From Actinomycetes bacterium (GTDB taxonomy: Bacteria; Actinomycetota; Acidimicrobiia; IMCC26256; PALSA-610), in the NCBI GenBank assembly GCA_025463875.1, contig JAODBI010000317.1, forward strand, positions 1 to 60,247: DNA of 60,247 nt, given 5' to 3'. Positions within the stretch are counted from its first letter, which is position 1; each line of letters starts with the position of its first letter. The position numbers and the translations under genes are program-made. This document shows positions 10,901-18,710 of the stretch, one piece after another. The notes beneath the pieces are model-generated. The model did no database searches. It worked only from the letters and a program-made list of their open reading frames with translations, and was not told the DNA's origin.

Positions 10901-11065
10901 TTCTTCAAGCCCTCCGGCGAGGAGTCGCGCGACCGTCCGCGACAGCTGCACGTCGAGCCGGTCACCGAAGGCAAGTCGGCGAAGACCGCCCGGCCCTGCC
11001 CGCCGGCCGATTCGACGCCGGCCGCCGAACCCGGCGCTCCTGCTCGTTCGGGCCCGCCCGCGTAG
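7931..11065 (+). CDS. MprF-like membrane protein: degenerate metallophosphoesterase-like N-domain + polytopic region + DUF2156 (aminoacyl-phosphatidylglycerol synthase C-terminal) domain
   Basis: The C-terminal ~300 aa (SYFALRDDKEWF...VSPDPIG...FSLDGKQNKSLRQSV...GWSLDLMRR...NGITEFIV) match the LPG-synthase/DUF2156 pattern. There are multiple TM blocks. The N-terminus has VIVFAGDTFDML but lacks a canonical DxH. The ATG at 7931 is preferred over the track start 7877. Confidence 0.75.
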   Translation: MRDGSEDEELGPATGAELVDLASRRPSVVDDASLCIPRGGQVLVFGGLRLVPGGTDVSREVARAIAHAVEGCRGPAVIVFAGDTFDMLREGRPDPEAALAAHPRLAAALGAFLCAPERRIVALPGIRDRALAYDTRVVDALQSAGWTIALACLLEIDTGSGVRVVRVEPGHQLDPASAFVDPRDPNDHPLVVHLERDVLPGFATVGDGSQKWLAGIEDADPADMGALVASRFTYRRLFRRASWLTLPVLALLALFFPVVAFSSRRRNALSHVFRILAAGFAIELILVVVALVFVVTQLHDSLGSISWLSRALRDNDAPRGVGVGLAAGGGAGLITGHSGLAELTDLGGGAFYANCGMAARSVDRVETRGGLPAVYAARVRCSWIELEAGSELRVRLWHGARDLPERTFLERVASRERMRTCWPPAEVAEHPGTVTWPSAGDATARRRRTRRIGAAAIAFAGLISLASAVTLPFAGRLTRLSQFAPVEVPEAAAALVAICGFGLLLLARGIRRGQRHAWLLANVLLLVAVVGDVTKGLDVEEAIIALLVVIFLVVHRDDFAAPANPSSWRRGLGVTLLATGVAIVGGTAGIASRHPQVSLPRIAAAVAQRLVGFKSIALPHEIDRLVSPALFAVGIVIALSFCWLLFRPAVSPRLSSYRPLSRERARFIVERYGGDSLSYFALRDDKEWFGFRDTLVAYRVHNGVALVSPDPIGPVGQRAESWGAFREFADEHGWPVAVMGAGADWLPVYAASGMHDLYIGDEAVVDARRFSLDGKQNKSLRQSVGRVEKAGYRVEFFDPAHLEPELEAKLRVLMTGSRRGDVERGFSMTLGRVFEPDDRGLLLAVALDRDDNPAGFCQYVPARAIDGWSLDLMRRSEASDVPNGITEFIVAKTIEHIRSEGFVGLALNFATFRAVLASEAGDRLVQRAQKWILERVGDSMQIESLWTFNEKFQPEWHPRYAAYDSPEHMLSASIAVARAESFFEIPIIGRFFKPSGEESRDRPRQLHVEPVTEGKSAKTARPCPPADSTPAAEPGAPARSGPPA

Positions 11066-11083
11066 GCAGGCTCGCCGCTCGAG

Positions 11084-11377
11084 TCAGGTATGGGACGGAC
11101 TCGGGCCCGCGCCGTCGAGCTCGAACGCGAGGTCGTCGACATAGCAGTAGAACCAGTCTTCGCCGGGCTCGAACGACTGGATGATCGGGTGCGCCTCTGC
11201 GTGGAAGTGCGCGGTGGCGTGCTTACCGGGGGAGTTGTCGCAGCAGCCGATGTGACCGCACTCGGTACATCGCCGCAGGTGCAGCCAGCGCATGCCGGTC
11301 TTCAGGCATTCGACGCAGCCGTTACCGCTCGGTGGAACGTCGGCGATGGTGTCCAGGTGTGTACATGTCTCGGCCAC
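11084..11377 (-). CDS. UBP-type zinc-finger domain protein
   Basis: 97 aa with CTHL...GNGCVECL...WLHLRRCTECGHIGCCDNSPGKHATAHF..., the Cys/His spacing typical of zf-UBP. Confidence 0.85.
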   Translation of the reverse strand: MAETCTHLDTIADVPPSGNGCVECLKTGMRWLHLRRCTECGHIGCCDNSPGKHATAHFHAEAHPIIQSFEPGEDWFYCYVDDLAFELDGAGPSPSHT

Positions 11378-11610
11378 GCAGTCAGTCTTCCAAGCGCGTC
11401 AAGCGGATTCCGCCGACCGCGTGTCGCCGTCACTCTCCGCTGTGGGGAAACCGCAAAAATGGGTTGAAACCATCTCGAAAGCGAAATGTGTCAAGGTTTT
11501 CACGGCGCATGCGGCCGGACACGTTTCTCGGGAGTCGTGATCCCATTCCCTCTGCCCGGGGGCGTGTCCGGAGCGCCGACCTGCCCGCAGGGTCGACCCG
11601 GAGCGCGCCG

Positions 11611-11886
11611 ATGACCAAACCCACCTCTGACGACCCGAGAGAACTCATCCGCCTCGCGGTGCGGATGGGCATTCCTCCGGCCGAGGCGGCCCGACGAGTG
11701 ATGGACCACCTGACCCATCGGGGGATGTCCGACGATTCACCGGCCGACTCGCCTCCCCCGCCCGAAGCGCGATCGCGGGCGCGCGTCCGCTTGATTCACG
11801 GCGGGCGCGGAATCGGTAACGGGCGCGTCAATGCGCAGCGTGCTGAAGATTCATCTCCCACCACAGGAAGTTCTGCGTCTGCGTGA
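11611..11886 (+). CDS. hypothetical small protein (doubtful)
   Basis: An internal ATG gives MTKPTSDDPRELIRLAVRMGIPPAEAARRVMDHL... I recognised no family. The 3' end overlaps the convergent esterase gene by about 59 nt. Confidence 0.2.
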   Translation: MTKPTSDDPRELIRLAVRMGIPPAEAARRVMDHLTHRGMSDDSPADSPPPPEARSRARVRLIHGGRGIGNGRVNAQRAEDSSPTTGSSASA

Positions 11887-12688
11887 GGATCTGGTTGCGG
11901 AACTGCACGTACGGAACGTGGCCGGCTCCCTGCCAGGTCTCGAGGAAGACGGGAAGGTTCGCCGCCTTGGCCTGGGTCTCGGTGTTCACCGCCCACTGGT
12001 AGGGAACCAGCGGGTCGGCGGTGCCGTGGAAGAGCAGCGCGGGCGCGTCGCCCGGGCCAATGTTGCTGAGCAGGTTGGCGCCGGAGAGCGACACCGCGGC
12101 ACGCACTGCGCTCGCCGGGTTCTCGGCGGAGGCGTACCCGACGTTCATCGCGGTGATCGCGCCGGCTGACGATCCGCCGATAGCGATGCGGTTCGGGTCG
12201 ATGCCGTACGTCGCGGCATGCGTGCGCAGGAACCGCACCGCGGTCTGCGCGTCCTGCTCCGCCTCCTGGATGGCATGGATGCACTCGGGGGTCGGGCCGC
12301 TGGCGGAACATCCGCCCGGTTCGAGCCGGTAGTCGATCGAAGCGTTGACGAAACCCTTCTCGGCGAAGGTGTTCGACTCGTCGATGAGCTCGGGCGACGT
12401 CTTGTCGCCACCAGAGAAGCTGCCGCCGTGGACCCAGACGATCGCGGGACGACTCGTCACGGTGTCACTCGCCGGCGGCTTGTAGATGTCGAGCTTGAGC
12501 GTGATCGTCTGGTTCGACAGGTTCACCGCGCTGCCGTAGGTCACGTCGGTGGTCTTCGCGACGGTGGTGAAGATGGCGTCGCGATAGCGGACCGGCGCCG
12601 CCCCGGGCGGAAGGATGTCGGGGACTTCGCAACCCGCTCCGATCACCGCGAGTGCCGCCACAATGATCACCATTCGACTACGACGCAT
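11828..12688 (-). CDS. secreted alpha/beta-hydrolase (esterase/lipase-type), probable lipoprotein
   Basis: Signal peptide with lipobox-like VIGAGC. It has the oxyanion motif VWVHGGSFSGGD and the nucleophile elbow GGSSAGA. Confidence 0.8.
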   Translation of the reverse strand: MRRSRMVIIVAALAVIGAGCEVPDILPPGAAPVRYRDAIFTTVAKTTDVTYGSAVNLSNQTITLKLDIYKPPASDTVTSRPAIVWVHGGSFSGGDKTSPELIDESNTFAEKGFVNASIDYRLEPGGCSASGPTPECIHAIQEAEQDAQTAVRFLRTHAATYGIDPNRIAIGGSSAGAITAMNVGYASAENPASAVRAAVSLSGANLLSNIGPGDAPALLFHGTADPLVPYQWAVNTETQAKAANLPVFLETWQGAGHVPYVQFRNQILTQTQNFLWWEMNLQHAAH

Positions 12689-12780
12689 GAGGAGAATGTT
12701 ACCGAGAGTGCCGGAGCCCGTTCCAGGGCGATGTCCGGCGGCGGAGTCGGGCGAGTCGCCTACGCTGTGTGCCCCAACTC

Positions 12781-12857
12781 GGGGACGTAGCTCAGCTGGC
12801 TAGAGCACCTGCTTTGCAAGCAGGGGGTCGTGGGTTCGAGTCCCATCGTCTCCACCA
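12781..12857 (+). tRNA. tRNA-Ala (anticodon TGC), CCA encoded
   Basis: GGGGACGTAGCTCAGCTGGCTAGAGCACCTGCTTTGCAAGCAGGGGGTCGTGGGTTCGAGTCCCATCGTCTCCACCA. The G3:U70 identity pair is present, the anticodon loop is TTTGCAA and the T-loop is TTCGAGT. Confidence 0.95.
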
Positions 12858-12870
12858 CTGGCACTACAAA

Positions 12871-12902
12871 CTCAGAAACGGCGTACTGACGCCGTTTCTG
12901 AG
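12871..12902 (+). terminator. perfect 14-bp stem / 4-nt loop hairpin just downstream of tRNA-Ala
   Basis: ctcagaaacggcgt-actg-acgccgtttctgag. No U-tract follows, so intrinsic-terminator function is only plausible. Confidence 0.5.
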
Positions 12903-13445
12903 GGGTTGATATGTCGCCTCGCCGACAAGCAGATGCGCCATATTCGAACTCGCAGGCGCTCGACCGCGATCCGACCGAGTGGTGATCACGTGATCGCCCA
13001 CGGCTACCGCTCCGGCATCGGCCACAGCGTCCTCATCAACGTAACTTCCCGGGGCGTCCTTCCCCACGACGACCACCATCGCCACGACGTCGAGCAACAT
13101 GTCGAGCGCGACACCACCAGGCTTCGGCGCGTCGCCTGGTCACGTCGCGCGGAACCACTGGCTGGCGTTCGTGGTGCCCAGTTGCGCACGTGTTCGAGTC
13201 GGCCGCGCACGAGCCCTCTCGATCGATCGGTTGGGTGACCTTCGTCACTGACGGGCGCGAACCGCAGGTACGGGTTCAAGTCGTTGTCGCCCCGCGACCG
13301 ATAGCTCTTGTGCCAGCGAGAGTTGGCGGACGAGGCGTTGATCTGTCGGCCTGTAGTTGGTTGCCTGGGCGGCAGGGAGCTAGTGGCGAACCCGGCGTCC
13401 TGTTGTTCGTTGTGCGCTTCGGCGCCACACTTCAGGAGCGGGTAG

Positions 13446-15125
13446 ATGCGAACATGGAAGCGATCCGGATCGCTCGAAGCGACCGGTCGACGTCGCCAGC
13501 CGGTGCTGGCCCGAGGCGTCGAGTGGGCACGTCCCAGCGTCGCCTTCGCGGCGACGCTCACCACTGCGGTCGGGTTCTTGGTGGCCTCGCCCCAGGTGAC
13601 CGGCCAGGCCATGGCCGACCCGGTCGGTCAGTCCGTGACCGTGTTGGTCACAGCCACGAACACCGACACCAGCTCGAAGGCGGAGGGTGTGCGAGCGGTG
13701 CAGACCGACGTGGTGCGGACCAAGGTCGCGCGACAGGGACACGTGGTCGGCGACCTGGCGGCGGCGGGCGGCGTTGTCGCCGATGTCACTCCGGCACAGC
13801 TGGCGGATCTGCAGGCCCAGCCCGATCTGGTGGTGACGCCGAACGCCAGCGTGTCGGTCAACGACACGTCGTTCACGGCGACACGAGCGCCGGCCGCGGT
13901 GTTCCCGCAGACCACCGGCGCGTCGCAGTTGTGGGCCAAGGGCATCGATGGAACGGGCGAAACGGTCGCGGTGCTCGACACCGGAATTGATCGTCTTCCC
14001 GACTTCGGCAAGCGGCTCATCGCCGGCGTCGATCTGAGCGGCGAAGGCAACCCGTTCCAGGACAGCTACGGGCACGGCACGTTCGTGGCCGGGCTCATCG
14101 CCGGCAACGGCGCGTCGTCGAAGAACGTGTACAAGGGTGAAGCTCCGGGCGCGAACCTGGTTGCCGTCAAGGTCGCGGGCGCGACCGGAGTCACCGACCT
14201 CGCCACTGTCATCTCCGGTATCAACTGGGTGGTTGCTCACCGCGACCAATACAGCATCGACGTGCTGAACATCTCGCTTGGTGCGATTCCCACCACCTCG
14301 ACCGTGCTGAACCCCTTGGACCAGGCAGTCGAAACCGCCTGGCAGGCAGGCATTACCGTGGTCGCCTCCGCGGGTAACAGCGGGCCGTTCAACGGGACGA
14401 TCGTGTCCCCGGGCGACGACCCGCTCGTCGTCACCGTGGGGGCGATCGACGACAACGGTTCGACCGACCCGACCGCGGCCACCGCCACCACCTTCAGCAG
14501 CGTCGGCCCGACCAACATCGACGGCTGGTTCAAGCCCGACCTGGTGACCTCCGGTCGGTCGGTCGTGAGCCTGCGGGCGCCGGGCTCGACGATCGACACG
14601 CTGTACCCGTCCGCCCAGATCGGCAAGGTCAACTTCGTCGGCTCGGGCACCTCGTTCAGCACCGCGATCACCAGCGGCGCGGCCGCCCTCGTGAAGCAAG
14701 CGAACCAGAACCCCATAAAGCTCAAGATCCTCTCGCCGCCCAAGACGTTGACGCCCAACGAGATCAAAGCGCAGCTCCTGGGCACAACCTCCCCGGGTCC
14801 GGTCGGAAACCCCATGGTCGACGGACATGGCGCCCTCAATGTGTGGCAAGCCGCCAGCCAACCCGGCCTGGAACTCACCCAGATCGCTCCGTCCGTTCCC
14901 ACTCCGGTCGGGACCAGCGTCGACCTCGGCACCACATGGAACGGGTCGTCCTGGAACGGCTCGAGTTGGAACGGCTCGAGTTGGAACGGGTCGTCCTGGA
15001 ACGGGTCGAGTTGGAACGGGTCGTCCTGGAACGGGTCGTCGTGGAACGGGTCGTCCTGGAACGGATCGTCGTGGAACGGGTCGAGTTGGAACGGCTCCAG
15101 CTGGAATGGGTCGAGCTGGAGCTGA
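13446..15125 (+). CDS. secreted subtilisin-like serine protease (peptidase S8) with C-terminal (WNGSS)x12 repeat
   Basis: Signal peptide present. Catalytic triad motifs are VAVLDTGID (Asp), HGTFVAGLIAG (His) and GSGTSFSTA (Ser). The tail is 12 tandem WNGSS units ending in WS*. Confidence 0.9.
   Translation: MRTWKRSGSLEATGRRRQPVLARGVEWARPSVAFAATLTTAVGFLVASPQVTGQAMADPVGQSVTVLVTATNTDTSSKAEGVRAVQTDVVRTKVARQGHVVGDLAAAGGVVADVTPAQLADLQAQPDLVVTPNASVSVNDTSFTATRAPAAVFPQTTGASQLWAKGIDGTGETVAVLDTGIDRLPDFGKRLIAGVDLSGEGNPFQDSYGHGTFVAGLIAGNGASSKNVYKGEAPGANLVAVKVAGATGVTDLATVISGINWVVAHRDQYSIDVLNISLGAIPTTSTVLNPLDQAVETAWQAGITVVASAGNSGPFNGTIVSPGDDPLVVTVGAIDDNGSTDPTAATATTFSSVGPTNIDGWFKPDLVTSGRSVVSLRAPGSTIDTLYPSAQIGKVNFVGSGTSFSTAITSGAAALVKQANQNPIKLKILSPPKTLTPNEIKAQLLGTTSPGPVGNPMVDGHGALNVWQAASQPGLELTQIAPSVPTPVGTSVDLGTTWNGSSWNGSSWNGSSWNGSSWNGSSWNGSSWNGSSWNGSSWNGSSWNGSSWNGSSWNGSSWS
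14937..15116 (+). repeat. 12 x 15-bp in-frame tandem repeat (tggaacggNtcNNNN) encoding WNGSS
   Basis: Counted directly: 180 nt, 12 units. Synonymous or near-synonymous variation occurs between units (tcgtcc / tcgagt / tccagc). Confidence 0.95.
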
Positions 15126-15310
15126 GTTTGGAACCTCTCGGTCGCGCTGTGGGCTGCAATGACATGCGTTGTTGCAGCCCACAGCTGTGTCAGTTTCTGA
15201 CGTACCTGCGGAGCAGGCGTCTCGGATTGTTCGCTGGACTGTTGTCCCGGCGATATGCACCCTTGATCGGCGCGCGATTAAGGGAGTTCGGGTGCCGCCG
15301 ATACGGGGGG

Positions 15311-17872
15311 ATGGACCCGAACAACTCGAGCGCGTCAGGAGCGTCCGGCGCCGTTGCCAGCCCCGCCTCCCGGCTGTTTGGGGTGTCGGCGCGTGTGCTC
15401 GGCCTGTCGGTGCTGCTTGCTGGGACCGCCGCCGTCCTGTACCTGATTTCTATCCGTCACTTGGCCTCTACGCAGACTCCTATCGCCGTCCCGTGGCTCC
15501 TGCTGGCGGCGGCCTACGCGGTCTCGGAGTTGACGGTCGTGCACGTCGAGTTCCGGCGGGATGCGCATTCGGTGTCGCTGAACGAGATTCCGTTGGTTCT
15601 TGCGCTCGTGTTCGCGACGCCGAGTCATCTGCTGTTGGCCAACCTGGTCGGGGCGTCGGCGGTGTTGGTGCTGCACCGTCGTCAGGCGGTCCTCAAGCTG
15701 GTGTTCAATCTCGCGCACTTCGCCTTGGAGGACTGCGTCGCGATCGTGGTCTTCCACACGCTGGTCAGAGGCCGTGTCGCGGGGCTCGGTCCGTCGCTTT
15801 GGATTGCGGCGGTGGCCGCGTGCGTGGCAGCGGCTTCGGTGAGCGTCGTCGCGGTCAGCGTGGTCATTTGGGTGCATCAGAACCGGGTGAGCGTCAGCCA
15901 GTTACGGGCCGTGATCGGTGTCGCGCTCATAGGTGCGGTCTTCAACGCGTGTGTCGGTTTGGACGCCGTCACGGTCCTTTGGGTCGATGCTCGCGGTGGT
16001 CTACTTCTGGTCGTCATCGGAGCGATCTTGTGCGTCGCCTACCGCGAGTACGCGTCATTGCGACAACGGCATGCGGGTCTGGAACTGCTGTATGAATTCA
16101 CGGAGGCGGTGCACGGGTCTGGAGACGCCGAGCACATCGTCGCCGACGTGCTCGCGCAAGCGCGAGAGATGTTGCGGGCTGAGGTTGCTGAGCTCGCGCT
16201 GCTGCCGTCGGTCGACGGGCAGCAAGTGGACTGGCTGACGCTTGCCGGCGACAGCAACGTCCCTGTCCGTTCGCGAGAACCTACCCTGCACCCGTCGCTC
16301 GCCAGCCTGGTCGCGCCCGGACGCCCGATCGTCGGTCCGAAGGCGGGACGAAATCCCGAGGTCCGCGCGCATCTCGCGCAGCGCGGTCAGCGCGACTGCA
16401 TCGTCGCGCCGCTCCTCGCCGACGGAACGATGATTGGCGTGTTGAGCGTCGCGAATCGGCTCGGTGACGTGAGTACCTTCGACGAACAAGACGGACGCCT
16501 GTTCGAGACGATCGCGGCGCACACCAGCGTGACCCTCCAAAACGCCACGCTCGTCGACCGGCTGCGCCACGACGCACTTCATGACAACCTCACCGGCTTG
16601 CCGAATCGGGTCTTCTTTCAGCAGCGGCTTGGCGATCTGCTCGCCCGCCAACGTCCATCCGACCTGCAGATCGCGGTGATGTTGATCGACCTCGACCGGT
16701 TCAAAGAAATCAACGACACCCTCGGACACGCCACCGGCGACCTGCTCCTGCAAGAGGTCGCGGAACGTCTCCGCCGCGGGGTCGCCGCGGGAGTGACCGT
16801 CGCTCGGCTGGGCGGCGACGAGTTCGCGCTCCTCGCCCCCACCCAAGGCGGTCCGGAAGACGCGGTCGCGATGGCGGCGCACCTTCGTGCTGAGCTGCAC
16901 CGCCCCTTCGCGTACCAGAATCTGCAACTCGAGGTGAGTGCGACGATCGGAGTCGCGACGGCGCCTCTCCACGGCCGCGACCCCTCGACGCTGCTGCGTC
17001 GAGCCGATGTCGCGATGTACGCGGCGAAGAACACCGCCGCGGGAGTCGCCGCGTACGGCGAGGACCTCGACGATCACAGTCCGCGCAAGCTTGCGCTCGT
17101 CAGCGATCTTCGCAGCGTGATCGAAAATGACGGTCTCGAGGTGCACTACCAACCGAAGGTGGAGATGGCCACCGGCCGCGTTATCGGCGTGGAAGCCCTC
17201 GTGCGGTGGCCTCACCCCGGCGCTGGTCTGGTCCCGCCCGACGAGTTCGTCCCCATCGCCGAACGCATCGGGCTCATCGGACCGATGACCGATTTCGTGC
17301 TCCGCACCGCCCTTGCCCAATGTCGACGTTGGGAGCAGGCCGGCCATCAGCTCTCCGTTGCAGTGAACTTGTCCGCGCGGAGCCTGCTTGACCCGAACCT
17401 CGTGGACGATATTGCTCGTGCCCTTGCGCACGCGGAAGTGGATGTGTCCAAACTTGTCTTGGAAATCACCGAGACGAGCGTCATGTCCGATGCCGAATAC
17501 GCGCTGCGTGTCCTCAACCGTCTTTCCGACATGGGACTCATGTTGGCGATCGACGACTTCGGGACCGGCTACTCCTCACTGTCATATCTGAAGCGCCTGC
17601 CCGTCGATGAAGTGAAGATCGACAAGTCCTTTGTCCTCAACATGCAACACGACGACAACGACGCCGTCATCGTCCGTTCGATCGTCGACCTCGGCCGCAA
17701 CCTCGGGCTTGAAGTCGTCGCCGAAGGCGTAGAGACCACCGAGATCTGGGACGCGCTGCGCGCGATGAGCTGTGACATCGCGCAGGGATACGTGATCAGC
17801 CGACCGCTCCCGGCCGACCCACTGACCGCATGGCTTGAAACGGTCACGCCGAAATCGGCGGCGGTCCTCTGA
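15311..17872 (+). CDS. membrane-anchored GAF-GGDEF-EAL protein (c-di-GMP synthase/phosphodiesterase)
   Basis: The ATG at 15311 (MDPNNSS...) is preferred, because the upstream part of track ORF 14843.. is the WNGSS repeat read out of frame. It has a polytopic N-terminus, a GAF-like region, RLGGDEFALL and EAL-domain motifs (EALVRW, DDFGTGYSSLSYL, KIDKSF, EGVET, QGY). Confidence 0.9.
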   Translation: MDPNNSSASGASGAVASPASRLFGVSARVLGLSVLLAGTAAVLYLISIRHLASTQTPIAVPWLLLAAAYAVSELTVVHVEFRRDAHSVSLNEIPLVLALVFATPSHLLLANLVGASAVLVLHRRQAVLKLVFNLAHFALEDCVAIVVFHTLVRGRVAGLGPSLWIAAVAACVAAASVSVVAVSVVIWVHQNRVSVSQLRAVIGVALIGAVFNACVGLDAVTVLWVDARGGLLLVVIGAILCVAYREYASLRQRHAGLELLYEFTEAVHGSGDAEHIVADVLAQAREMLRAEVAELALLPSVDGQQVDWLTLAGDSNVPVRSREPTLHPSLASLVAPGRPIVGPKAGRNPEVRAHLAQRGQRDCIVAPLLADGTMIGVLSVANRLGDVSTFDEQDGRLFETIAAHTSVTLQNATLVDRLRHDALHDNLTGLPNRVFFQQRLGDLLARQRPSDLQIAVMLIDLDRFKEINDTLGHATGDLLLQEVAERLRRGVAAGVTVARLGGDEFALLAPTQGGPEDAVAMAAHLRAELHRPFAYQNLQLEVSATIGVATAPLHGRDPSTLLRRADVAMYAAKNTAAGVAAYGEDLDDHSPRKLALVSDLRSVIENDGLEVHYQPKVEMATGRVIGVEALVRWPHPGAGLVPPDEFVPIAERIGLIGPMTDFVLRTALAQCRRWEQAGHQLSVAVNLSARSLLDPNLVDDIARALAHAEVDVSKLVLEITETSVMSDAEYALRVLNRLSDMGLMLAIDDFGTGYSSLSYLKRLPVDEVKIDKSFVLNMQHDDNDAVIVRSIVDLGRNLGLEVVAEGVETTEIWDALRAMSCDIAQGYVISRPLPADPLTAWLETVTPKSAAVL

Positions 17873-18420
17873 TGGCCGTCCCCGTACCAGAACTCTGCAC
17901 CGAACGGCTCCTGCTACGAGCCTTCACCTCAGATGACTTCGAGCCGTTCGCCCGGATCGTGTCCGATCCCGAAGTCGTCCGCTACCTCGACGACGGGGCC
18001 CCCATCAGCCGCGAAGAATGCTGGCGCGGCATGGCGCTGTTCATCGGCCACTGGCAACTTCGCGGCTACGGCTGGTGGGCCGTCGAAGACCGCCGCACCG
18101 GCGACTTCCTCGGCCGCATCGGCCTCTACAACCCCGAAGGCTGGCCCGGCATCGAAATCGGCTGGCTCCTACGACGACAAGCATGGGGCACCGGCCTCGC
18201 CACCGAAGGCGCCACCGCCGCCCTCAGCTTCGCATTCGACGTCGTACGCGCCGACCACGTCATCAGCCTCATCGACCCGCGGAACACACGCTCGATCCGT
18301 GTCGCCGAAAAACTCGGCGAGACCTACGAACATCACCTCCAACACAACAAGCGAGAACGCGTCGTCTACGGAACCCATGCCCCCGCAATCGACGCAGTTC
18401 GCCTACCCCGCGTCGGGTGA
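17872..18420 (+). CDS. GNAT family N-acetyltransferase (RimJ/RimL-like)
   Basis: 182 aa. Its start overlaps the preceding stop (ATGA). It has RGYGWWAVE...GRIGLY...IGWLLRRQAWGTGLATEGA, the typical acetyl-CoA-binding region. Confidence 0.85.
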   Translation: MAVPVPELCTERLLLRAFTSDDFEPFARIVSDPEVVRYLDDGAPISREECWRGMALFIGHWQLRGYGWWAVEDRRTGDFLGRIGLYNPEGWPGIEIGWLLRRQAWGTGLATEGATAALSFAFDVVRADHVISLIDPRNTRSIRVAEKLGETYEHHLQHNKRERVVYGTHAPAIDAVRLPRVG

Positions 18421-18589
18421 TGCGGTGAGCGAGCTGTGATCTCCCGCGCGGCTGGCAGCGCAGGTGATGCTGGGTTCCCCGCGATGGGATCCCCGAGATG
18501 CCGGCCCGAACTTGGATGTGTGTACGGGTTTCGACCCTCCGCGCGATGCGACTCGAAGAGACACGTTGGCAACACGGCCCACTGCGTAC

Positions 18590-18668
18590 GGCGTTGGACC
18601 GAATCCACTGGATTTCAGCCCTCTGGCCAGGGGAAATCCGGGTTCGAGAATAGTCGCATCGTCTCCAC
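18590..18668 (+). pseudogene. degenerate tRNA-Ala-like remnant (copy of the 3' part of the tRNA-Ala at 12781-12857)
   Basis: Three colinear identical blocks are shared with tRNA-Ala: cagggg (18628-18633 vs 12821-12826), gggttcgag (18640-18648 vs 12832-12840) and catcgtctccac (18657-18668 vs 12844-12855). There is a 5-nt insertion in the T-arm and no pairing 5' acceptor strand, so it is not functional. Confidence 0.5.
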
Positions 18669-18710
18669 TTACCGCTGTCGCTGCGTGTCGTTGTCTGGTT
18701 TGCGAGAGTC

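Larger units (their letters stand above)
12858..18668 (+). mobile_element. putative decayed integrated element / genomic islet at the 3' end of tRNA-Ala
   Basis: It is bounded by tRNA-Ala and a same-orientation degenerate copy of its 3' part. The first ~550 bp after the tRNA have no convincing ORF. Cargo is an S8 protease, a GGDEF-EAL protein and a GNAT. I recognised no integrase. Confidence 0.3.

Noticed and set aside
12903-13445. Integrase or other coding gene directly downstream of tRNA-Ala (ORFs 12906-13238(+), 12864-13100(-), 13004-13612(-)).
   Set aside because: None of the frames shows tyrosine- or serine-recombinase motifs or any family I recognise, and the ORFs overlap one another. 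I left it as non-coding, possibly relic DNA; only a BLASTX search could settle it.
14937-15116. CRISPR array (also considered for the 15-bp array at 30120-30194 and the 12-bp array at 23775-23810).
   Set aside because: The units are contiguous with no spacers and far shorter than CRISPR repeats. No cas genes are present in the window.
14843-15310. N-terminal 156 codons of track ORF 14843-17872 (ERVVLERLELER... repeats) as part of the GGDEF-EAL protein.
   Set aside because: This stretch is the protease WNGSS 15-bp repeat read in another frame. A sensible ATG at 15311 precedes the first TM segments.
18480-18668. tmRNA (ssrA) gene, suggested by a GGGTTTCGAC-like string at about 18524 plus the tRNA-Ala-like 3' end.
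   Set aside because: The span is only ~180 nt. It has no 5' acceptor strand complementary to CGTCTCC, no CCA-compatible end, no tag-peptide reading frame and no intact T-arm. It is better explained as a decayed tRNA-Ala copy.
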